From Podarcis melisellensis (taxonomy: Eukaryota): a stretch of 64,000 bases of DNA. Positions within the stretch are counted from its first letter, which is position 1. Every line of letters starts with the position of its first letter. The notes beneath the pieces were generated by a model. It was not told where the DNA came from and ran no database searches. It worked only from the letters and a program-made list of their open reading frames with translations. The DNA lies in assembly GCA_964234715.1 (NCBI GenBank), contig OZ174275.1. One strand, given 5' to 3'. Of this stretch, positions 51,152 through 61,412 are shown piece after piece. A program made the position numbers and the translations under genes.

Positions 51152-54100
51152 TTTGGTCTGTTCCGTTTGCATCTTCTTATGCTTCACCTCCGCTTGAAAT
51201 ACCCTTCTTAACTTCTTGTCTGCTAGCCACCCACTTGCTGTCTCTTTCAGTTACAATCAACTTATTTTCTCTGCTGGTTTCCTCCTTCTGCCTCCATCCC
51301 TGATTCTATAGTACAGCTTTTCTTCTGCTTTCTTTCTTTCTCTTTTTAATTGTCTGCACTGGATTGTGAGCTGCTTTTGGCAAGATTATTTGCAAGAGCT
51401 TGGCCCATTTAGGGCACTGTGTGCAGAAAGGCTAATTACGCCTAATATTTCATGGCTATGATATTTACTTGGCCAGGAGATGTATGATCTGCACATTAGC
51501 TTGGAAATTAGATCAAATTGGTCTCTTTAATGCTTTTTTATTCCCTCCTTGAGTCCCCCCTTTGGGCGAGGAAGAGGAACAAGCCAAGAGATGGTGGTTT
51601 TTAAATTTTATTACACAGTTTTCAGTTGCTCTTAGGCTTAAGCCCCCTTGTTGCTTATTCTGAAAGGGGGAGAGCTGCTTCTCCCAAGTAGCTTGTTTGG
51701 GGAAGCTTATTCAAGAATTAGGTTTTTTTTTAACTTATCTGATTTTAGAATATATTACATTGACTGCAACATAATTAGATTAAAGGGCAGAATTTTATGG
51801 AATCTTAAGTGACTGAGGTTCATCTCTTCTTGCTACTAAGTCAGGACTCTTTTACTAATTTCTATTGATTAATTAGATAATGGAGGTGACAGGAAAGGGA
51901 ACAGATGCTTGATTAAGCCACCTTCCAAAACTATGATTAAGAAGATTGGCCAGCAGACCAGAAGCTGCAGCCATGGTTTAAAGTGGGTTTGTGATTTCGA
52001 GTGCTGTCGGAGTTGACAAACAATAGTTATGTCCACAGTTCCCCCCAGAGCCTAGATTGCTCAGCTGTCAGAAAATAAAAGAAAACAAGTGGAAATAATG
52101 CATGATTTGCCTGTGAGTTTGGAAGTTCAGTACATGGTTCAGATTCTAAATACAAACCATGGTTTGGAGTAATGTCTGTGCTAATATCAAAGTCAAAATA
52201 ATTCAACAGGACTCAGCTATAAAGTGTCCTGAAACACTTGTTCCAATGAAAAAACTTCTTCAGAGTTACTAGGGAAGGACCAGTGGTGAACAACACTTAG
52301 AAATGGCCTCTCCACCACTAAGGGACTGCATAGCTCCATTTGTCATCTGTTACTACACCCATCCCTTTCTCTCACTCCCCTTTAATAAATGTCAGGTGGG
52401 ATTTTGCACACATAAGCTAGCATATGTGATATTGGGGAGATGGTGCCTCTGACAGAGGGTAGTATTCCCAGAGAGTAATTTTCATTGCTCATCTCTTTAT
52501 ACACGTCACTGATATTTAAATACTTTTTTATCTTGTTAGAGTGCCGTCCAGGAGCATATACATTTGTCTACTCCTGTTGATGTGGGGTTTGTTTGTTTTT
52601 TGGTCTTTATGGCTCTTCCAGAAGAGGTAACCAATACTGGCCCCATGCATTCTTATGCAGAATTTAAACCCACTGTGTCCAGTATAATTTCCTATGTCAA
52701 ATTCAGATTTGGGAGGCAAGGACCTGACCTTATGTACACTGTAAAGCACAATGCACATTGATAGCAGTGAATAATTAAATAATAAGTACATTTTATTGAT
52801 AATACAGAATAATGTATATCATACTATTTGCAGCACGCCACAAGTAGAAAGCAGAAACATTATGGTCTGCTATGGCTGTTGGTTATCAGAGAATATAATT
52901 AATTTCATTTGTGCATTTCATATAATAAAAAAGGCCCACAGTGCTAGTAAGATTTTCAAAAAAATCGGGACACCGCATGGGAACAATCTGATTTAGAAAG
53001 GCCATTGAGCATTTAGAAATCCAGAACTATATCATACAGTATACCCACTAATTAATAATTATATTTTAAAAGTAAATATATAACTTGCAAGATAATGTGG
53101 ATTGCTAATTATCAGCAAAACAATGCACATTGTCATCGACAAGGAATAGCTCAACAAATCTGTAGAGTGGAATTATCTTTCAGAGTTGGGATATTGCTAC
53201 CTCTTTTCTTAATATAATGTAAACCCGAGTTACCTTTCTCTGCAGTAGAAGTTGTTTGTGGAGAAGAACTATCTTAAATGAAGGGATTATGTAGGTGCTA
53301 ATTAGAATTCCTCTTCACATCTGTCAGTCTGCCTTTATAATATTCCCATAACGTTCACTTTTTATGTTTGAGAAGGAACGTCCTCAATTCATACTGTGTG
53401 TGAGCTGCCTCTCACCTGTTTTGGAACCACATGACCATGTAGGAGTGTGAGCACCTGGAGTCTCCTGCTGGTTGTTCCTGAAGGGTATTTGGGATTCTTC
53501 CTCTCCTCACAGCACTATGACGGTGTATCAGATTCTCTCTATCCATGCATTCTAAAACAGTGGGCTTGATAGTAGCAGGGGAGAAGAGTGAAAATGCTGT
53601 TCCTCTTCACCTACCTCTCTACTGTAAGATTTCCTTTAAAATTCAGATAAGGCACTTGTAGCAGAAGGATAAACTTTTCCTCAATTTCTCTAGAAAGTGA
53701 AATAGCTTTTAATGGATGCTCATGTGACCTAATGGCTGTTAAAATATTTATGTTATTGGTAGCATAAGGTAGAATAGCAAGCTCATTTTCTGCTCTTGTC
53801 TTTCTGTACTAACTCTTAAAGTTCAATTTGCAACATGGTTTCTAACTTCATTCTCTGAATTTGAAAGAGGATTTTAAAGCAGTGCTGGCCTATGTGTCTT
53901 GTTTTTTTGCTCTCAAGAGGAGTATCTAACAGCATATCCAAACATACAGAATAGGAGGGCATTAATATTTCCAAAAAGATTTCTGTAAACGTTATCTTAC
54001 TATCATTTTTTTATTTAAAAAATATGTGCCTCATATCTGATGCATGACACATATCGGAGCTGAATCTGACTGTTAAAAACAATCTATCAGATTTTTCACA

Positions 54101-55408
54101 TTAAGCAATGGAAAAGAAGCTAAGATTAGCTCTCTAAATAGATGGAGGAGATTTACATGTGTAAAATATTCACACTTAACGATATAGCTAAACGCAGTTG
54201 TGGTAAAAATATTAACTAATGTTATGCAAAACTCTACTTACTTGAGTAAAAATTGCAAGGAAAGGGGACAGTCTTCTCAGAGTTCAACTTTCCCTCCCTA
54301 GAAAATATATTTTATATGTCTGAAGATATCTTACTGTTCTCATCACCATGGCTCAGATTTCAATCTTGCCATTGAGGATGGTGAGCTGTCCAATGAATCA
54401 GAGATAAGGTTTCTAGAATAGTAGGAGAGCTGTCCAGTTAATGGGACTTGAGAGATGGGCATGGTGTGGTGGGACAACAACTAGATGCACATTGAGCAGC
54501 TTCGTATTTGACTCTTGCTATTCTTGAACACCAGCAGGGTCCTGATTCAGAACATGGGTTGGTTCTGGCTGTATCTTCCCAAGTACAGCTCAGGGGTGGG
54601 AGACTGTCTCATGCTGCCAAACAAACACGGAGGCATCTCATACTGGCCTCTACTTAAAACCTGTGCTGACTCTGTTCTTGGTGTCCTGGTATGGACTGAC
54701 TAAAACAAAAACTTACTTGTCAGTGTTGAAACTTGCCCAAGCACATGGAAGGGGAAATGAATGGGAGCAGGGACATACTTGCTTGGGGAAGCTAAAAGCT
54801 AGAGAGGAAATTGCTTAGCCATGAAGATCAGCATGATGAAAGGTAGGCAAACATAGTTTCCTTACTGCAGATAGGGCCCTCCAATTGTTGCTGTATTACA
54901 ACTCCCATCAGCCCCAGCAAGCAAGGCCAGGGATGATGGGATCTGTAGTTCAGCAACATCTGGAGGGCCAAAGGTTCATCACATCTGCCTTACTGTATTC
55001 ATTGACCTAAAGTGAATGTAATTTTTTTCCAAGTACCTAAGGAGGTTTTGGGTGTGTGACATTTCAACAACATCCATGACAGATGGTAAACCACACTTGA
55101 AACTGACATTCAGAAACAGTGTGTGGTATGGAGCAGAGTCTCCAAAGAAGGAAGAATCTAAAATCCTACTGAGCACGCTCAAATTCTTGGGCATATCTAA
55201 AGTGGCTCTTTGGATCCCAGCCCTTAGTAAAATGTTGAGGGAAAAGCCTATGCTGCCTCTGGCAACTGTTTGTTTTCTGGCAGGGAGAACTTGGTGAAAG
55301 TGTTTCAGCAAAGAATTTTGCAGAGTTGCACTGGATATTATTGTTCCAATACATACAATACATTTATTTATTTATTTATTTGTTTGTTTATTTTGCTCTC
55401 TTTTCCAG

Positions 55409-55496
55409 CGGCTGCTGCTGACACTTCACTCAGGTTATTATCTGATGTAGCCCAAGCGGTGAAAGGCCGAGGTACTATATCATGGATAGATTGCGG
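55409..55496 (+). CDS. PDIA5: PDIA5 coding exon 3 (SAAADTSLRLLSDVAQAVKGRGTISWIDCG); gene continues beyond the window
   Basis: TTTTCCAG acceptor, 88 nt, phase 1 in (T+CG=Ser), donor GG|GTATGT. Matches human EVAAENHLRLLSTVAQAVKGQGTICWVDCG. Confidence 0.97.
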
Positions 55497-55641
55497 GTAT
55501 GTAATGTCCTGCCCATTATGGTGCCCTCCCTTCTCCCACCTGGTGAATTGCCCACATCTAAACAAGCAAGATTTTGCTGCTGTTGTGTGCTTTATGTGGC
55601 AAGAAGAAAGCATTGTCCTTTGTTCCCCACGGCTTCCTATA

Positions 55642-55850
55642 CAGTGGTACCTCGAGTTACAGATGCTTCGGGTTACAGACTCCACTAACCCAGAAATAGT
55701 ACCTCAGGTTAAGAACTTTGCTTCAGGATGAGAATAGAAATCGCGCGGCGGTGGCAGCGGGAGGCCCCATTAGTTAAAGTGGTACCTCAGGTTAAGAACA
55801 GTTTCAGGTTAAGAACGGACCTCCAGAATGAATTAAGTTCAATAGCACTG
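55642..55850. mobile_element. Tigger/pogo-like MITE
   Basis: TA|CAGTGGTACCTC ... CACTG|TA, internal CAGGTTAAGAAC repeats; the right TIR is partly deleted. Confidence 0.8.
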
Positions 55851-55855
55851 TATTG

Positions 55856-56004
55856 TAGGGGTGGCCAACTCCCAAGAGACTGCGATCTACTAACAGAGTT
55901 AAAAATTAGCAGTGATCTACCCCCTTTTTGGGGTTCAGGTCAAAGTTGTTGACCTGGACAGTGATCTACCACGGACGTCACAATCTACCTGTTGGACATG
56001 CCTG
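55856..56004. mobile_element. hAT-like MITE
   Basis: TAGGGGTGGCCAAC...GTTGGACATGCCTG with GATCTAC repeats. The TSD CTATATTG is recovered after removing the adjacent Tigger-like insertion. Confidence 0.75.
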
Positions 56005-57772
56005 CTATATTGTTTCTAACATGCCTAACTTTAGCATCTGCAGGTTTTGACACTAATATCACACAGGCAGAGCCACCTGCTGCCATTCTGCGCAACACTC
56101 TGTAACTACCACATTCCTCCTTGGCCCCATTCATTCAGGCAGTATTATCATCCTCTGTCCCCTACATGCTGGTCTGCTGCTTTATGTGGTCTTCCCGGTA
56201 CCCCTCACTTTAGGGAGAACAACCGAACAAAGGGATAAAACCTGCAATATTCTGACCGAGAGGTATCGTTGGTCCTGGGAGATTTAGATCACTTGCCTTT
56301 GATAAGTTTATGACCCTCCAGATGTTGCTGGGAGTCCTATCGGCCCCAGCTGGCATGGCCAATTGTCAGGGATTGTGTGGGTTGTAGTACAACAGCACTT
56401 GGGAGGGGCACAGGTTCCTCATCCCTGGTTAAAACCTCCAGAGAATGCAGGATCTTGCATTCAAGTAATCTTTAAGTTATTTGTTTCTCCCTCTGTCAGA
56501 GGAGTATGGAGGATTTCAGTGCATATAAGCTTTTGGTGTGCTTCTAGCACCTTCCAGGGTACCATTTTAAGGGGAGAAACGTCATATTTAAGTACATCTT
56601 TGTATATGTTCAGCATATTCTTGAGAGGAGGAGGATAGGCAGTGGTAAGGCACTGAACGTTCTGTTACGCCTTTACTTTGCTTGTGGAGAATTTCCTATG
56701 CTTCTATTACGTGGTTGGAATTTATTTGAGAATCTCTTTTAGCTGGTTATTAAATATAATTCATAATATAGTTGGTATCGCCCGAACCTTTAAGTGTGCT
56801 TTACAGATACTGCGTTAATGTAGGATTGGCTAACCCAATGCTGCTGTACTATTACTATTACTTCCATCCGTCCCTGACCACTGGCCATGCTGACTGGGGC
56901 TGATGGGCTGGGACTGTTGGGAGTCCAACACCAACTGGAGGGCCACGGGTTAGCTATCCCCATCTTAATGAATTTTGCTGCATGCCACTTGTATGAGCTG
57001 CAAAAGTACTTTTCTTGGAATGGCTCCAGGATTGTTTGATTCACAAAGCAGATTTGAGAGTAGCACTGAGGATGTGTTGGGTCTTACACTGACTCCAAAG
57101 TCCAAACTATCTTTTTTAAAAAATAGTCTTTGATCAGTGCCTGGCAAGTTCATTTTAAAAAAGTAATTGGTTCCAGTTTCTGCTCGACGTATCAAAAAAT
57201 GAATTTGGATTCACAATTGATTCACATGGTTCCCCCATTCAGAATTTTAGAAGCTACTCTGCTAAAGTATTCCCTATCCCAGGAGTTCCTCTGCTGTTCT
57301 TTCTAGAGTGAGATCCCTTTAGTGGATCCTTCCTTTCCTTCAATGATTTTACTTCCATTGTGGACTTCTTCGAACTGTAATAACTGTTCAAGTGAACATG
57401 GACTTAGCTGCAATGCTTAAATTGCTTCTCACACAACTGCCTTCCTTAAAACCTCTGGTATCACTTTGACCCTCCCCAAGCCTCACTGTTCCATCTTCAG
57501 GTCATGTCCTCTCCTTCACTTTTGTCCTATTGAACTTAGATCATGAGCCTTCTTGGCAGGAACCACATTGCTTCTCTGTTCTATGTAGCGTCTGACAATG
57601 TTGTGCCACTAACTAAATGTCACTACATGCCCTTCAGCAAAATCACTGTCTTATATTCTTGCATGTAACTTTGGAGTCAAACCTTCAGAGGGGCTGTTGA
57701 TATGTCTCTGGAAACACTAATGCTTTCCCAAAATATACTTTTGTGCTTTGATTCGTTGGCTGTCTTGCATCA

Positions 57773-57860
57773 TGAGCCCCCCGTTGGGTGAAAGATTTCT
57801 GCATTGCAGGGGGTTGGACTAGATGACCCTTGTGGTCCCTTCCAACTCTACAATTGTATG
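57773..57860 (+). mobile_element. 5'-truncated SINE with CR1-like tail (same family as 8401)
   Basis: AAAGATTTCTGCATTGCAGGGGGTTGGACTAGATGACCCTTGTGGTCCCTTCCAACTCTACAATT. Confidence 0.75.
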
Positions 57861-58069
57861 TGTCCTAGCAGAAACTGCTAAATCTTTTAAAAGATTCAGT
57901 GTGTGTTTGTGTTTAAGTAAGAAGCTGGATCTGAATAGTAACTGGGAGAAATGTGTTGCAAATCAAACAATGATTTAAGCTTGTGTCAGTGTTTTGCCTT
58001 GGGCAGAGTTCATTTTCTGCATTTTTTATTGTTTCTCATGGCATTCTTGGAAAGAAAGTTCTATGTTGG

Positions 58070-58206
58070 TTTCAGTTACAGATAGGTAGCCGTGTTGGTC
58101 TGCCATAGTCAAAACAAAAAAAATTCCTTCCAGTAGCACCTTAAAGACCAACTAAGTTAGTTCTTGGTATGAGCTTTCGTGTGCATGCACACTTCTTCAG
58201 ATACCA
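58070..58206 (-). mobile_element. Penelope-like element terminal-repeat (pLTR) fragment carrying the hammerhead
   Basis: The ...GTAGCCGTGTTGGTCTG...GTAGCACCTTAAAGACCAAC...GAGCTTTCGTG...CACTTCTTCAGAT layout is typical of reptile Penelope-type termini (recognised, not database-checked). Confidence 0.65.
58165..58206 (-). ncRNA. Minimal type-I hammerhead ribozyme (Penelope-like-element type)
   Basis: Minus strand reads UGGUAU-CUGAAGA-A-GUGUG-CAUG-CACAC-GAAA-GC-UC^AUACCA. It has the full catalytic core, a 6-bp stem I, a 5-bp stem II and a palindromic AGCU minimal stem III. Confidence 0.85.
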
Positions 58207-60056
58207 TCCCACAATAAGGAAATGCCTTGGTGTGTCTTTCTGTCATCAGCCCCCAATGACTTAGCTTTTTTTGCAGGCACTTTGAAACCACAAGTCTTAA
58301 AAAGAACTGCTTCAGGGAGGTGCCTGAGGAGAGAGACAGAGAGACCCTCCCATTGCAAACACATGTTGCTGGAGGAGCAAATTACACAGATGTTGGGGGG
58401 TATTTACTGTGTATGCCCAGTTTGTTTGACAAATATTGACAAGGAGCGGTTTGTTTGGCTGCTATGTTCTCCTTTCCCAGTAGCACAGATTTATTTATTT
58501 TTTTGGCTTTGCTTCTCATATCACACAGTATAGCGAGTTTTCTGAACAGAGGAAGAAAGAAACATTGTGTGTGTATGTGTGTTGGCAAGGCTGGCAGGCA
58601 TGCTGTGCTGTGTGGCTGCTGCCTTCTGCTCTCCCTGCAGCGATGACAGCTCTGCCTTTTATGAAATTGGCTGTGTTTTGTTTCTTATAGCTACTGTTTT
58701 ACTCTTGACTTCGGAGAAAGGAAGATGCTGCCCCAGCTATTATCAGGCGACATCATTTTATTATCTCTTTGTTGATCCCAGCATTGTCCACGGAGCTATT
58801 CTCAAAACTGCTTCTTTATTGTGCAGTCTTGTTGTTCATCCTGAAGTAAATTAAATTGTGGCACTACTTCTTCCTTGTGTGTTCATTGGAAAATATTTAT
58901 GGGTGTAATTCTTGGGATTCCTATGTGTTTTGGAAGGTGGAACAGTCCCACCACTGCTTAGGTTTTCAAGTTAAAACAAGCACAGGCAATGTATCTAGTC
59001 CACAAAGGCCACTATGTCCCTCTCATCACTGCTTTTGACTTGAAAGGCTTGTACTGTGGCAATAGTGGAACCTGCCATAAAGGCTTTGTGTGACAAAAGG
59101 TAAGCTATACATCGGTCCAGTTTGCATACCACAACCAGGAACAGCCACAGCAAGCCTTGTTTTCACGCACGCTCTGCTCCCCTCTCCTTCTGTGGAGTTT
59201 GGAATCTTCTGTTTTTGGTTAACCACAGTTTGCCATGTTTTTGGTTAACCACAGTTTACCGTGTTGTCCGGGCATAGAATTATGATACACATTAACTGTG
59301 GTTAGTGCAGTGTCTGAAAGGGGCCAGCTAATGCATTGCCTGTCCCTTAGTCACTGTGTTAAAGTGTAACAGTTTGCCTAGTATTGAAATGAACCCCAAC
59401 CCACACTTGAGGGGAGCTTTCAATCTGATCCAGTAGGATTCTTATTTTCTTACACTTCTGTATAGTTTCAGATTGGGTCAGGCTATCTGCTACTACAGAT
59501 GCTGATTCCCACCCCAATCCCTTTTGTTTCAAAAGGTTTTGGGATATTTCACGTGGCACTCTGTCCATGTTCTAGGTCCCCATGCATGCAGGGCTTTTAA
59601 CTTCAAACCCACAAGGGCACTTGACGTTGTGTTCAGTGAACATCTCCCTTGTGCACAACAGCAAATGATTCTGGTGAACCCTCTAAAAGGCAGTTTCAAT
59701 TTGGAAGCCTTAATTATAAATGTAGCTATACTTGGTATACCCTCATCTAGGGGTGGATGAATCAGTCTGTTACCAGTCAGCATCAATTTTGCATGTATTT
59801 ATTCATAGTAATGCTATTTCCTGTTTTTGCATTAATATATTTAAATATTTTATCTCAGTGTATGCATTTCAAAACCTTTTGTATCCTAAAATAACCATTC
59901 TGTAACTCATTTTGGTGTGTTTTTCAGTCTAGAGCTATATAACAAATTTGGGAGAAGTGCAGAACCTGAAGAAGCTCAATCCACACATTAGCCTGTGGGG
60001 GTTAGGTCAGTTCACTTTGGAATTCACAGAATAAATTCCTCAAGCATCCCAGCCAA

Positions 60057-60194
60057 CAGGGGTGGGAAGCCTGTGCCCCCCCCCCCCATCTTGCTGAACT
60101 GCAACTCACATCATCCTGACCATTGGCCATGATGCTTGGTACTGATGGGAATTGGAGTCTCATAGCATTGGAGGACCAGAGGTTCCCCATACTA
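60057..60194. mobile_element. Degenerate palindromic hAT-like MITE
   Basis: CAGGGGTGGGAAGCCTGTG...GAGGTTCCCCAT. Further copies at ~6650, 19569, 22272, 31997, 40846, 54872, 56305 and 56822. Confidence 0.6.
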
Positions 60195-61277
60195 TCTCCT
60201 ATAGGACAGTAATATGATTTAATGATAGGTTTAAATCTGAACCACCCATCGTTTCATTCCACGTGTTGCTCTCTGCATAATCCACACAGAGCATGTTCAA
60301 CTAAGGATGCAAGGCCCACAAATGATGTGACAGAAATACTTACTTATTGTAGCCTTCCCATGTTTTAATTAGGGAGTCCTTGCCCAAGGTGTCTGATGTT
60401 TGAATGATTTGCAGAGGAGGAGACATTGGAATATTGAATTAATAATGTCTGGTGAGATTTCACAGTGTACGCATGATATCTACTTTTTGTTGCTTGTCAG
60501 TTTTAAGCAGAATGTTCCCATTATACTGTGGAAAATCCAGTGCATTAGATCTAGATTAGAAATAAAAGGCTAACTACTAGGGCTGGAGGTGAAGTTTGTC
60601 ATTGCAGTTCGGTAAATGTTTAAGCACTGCAGTCAGTGTGCCAGGATGTGCACGTAATACCAAATGGGCTCTTCTCTGACCCAGAGGTAGACTTCTGAAT
60701 GAGGTCGTCTAGGCAGAGTGGCATTCTTCCAATGCAGTGACCAAGGGGCAGGCATTGCATTAATCGGTCCCATTCACACATTGTGCTAACCGTTTTGAAG
60801 GTGAACCACAATTTTAGGCCTGGACAACGTGGCAAACTGTGGTTAACCAAGAACAATTTTTCAAACTCTTCCTTGCAGGCACACACTGGAGAAGGAGAGG
60901 GAGGAGAGTGTGTTCAAGTCCAAGGCTCACTGGTTGTTCCTGCTCATGCAAGCTATGTCAAACAGCATGCGCTGAAAGTTTTTCTTAGTATTATGTGTTT
61001 AAGCATTTTTTTAAATAAAAGCTTTGTTGTGTTGAAATGGATAATAGTTGCTGTTAACTCAGTCAAAGCATATGGAAAATTCTAAAAACTAATATTGTTT
61101 GTGCTTAACATACTGAATTCATAGCCATTTAAAATTGAACTCATTGAATAACTAAGGATTTGGGGGAAAAGAGAAAAGAGTTAGGGCAGCTAGTAGGATG
61201 ATTCTCTACTCCATTAGTAAAGACTTGAGTGGGCAATGTAAAATTTTATACTGCCAAAGAGAGAACAACATTTAGTA

Positions 61278-61412
61278 CAGCCTTCACCAACCTGGTGCCT
61301 TTTAGATGTTGTACTCCGACTCTAATCAGCCCCAGCCAGCATGGATAATGGTCAGAGATGATGGAAATTGAACCCTAACAGCATCCGGATGGTACCAGGT
61401 TGGGAAACGCTG
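61278..61412. mobile_element. Palindromic hAT-like MITE
   Basis: CAGCCTTCACCAACCTGGTGCC...GGTACCAGGTTGGGAAACGCTG; TSD ATTTAGTA/ATTTAGCT. Confidence 0.7.
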
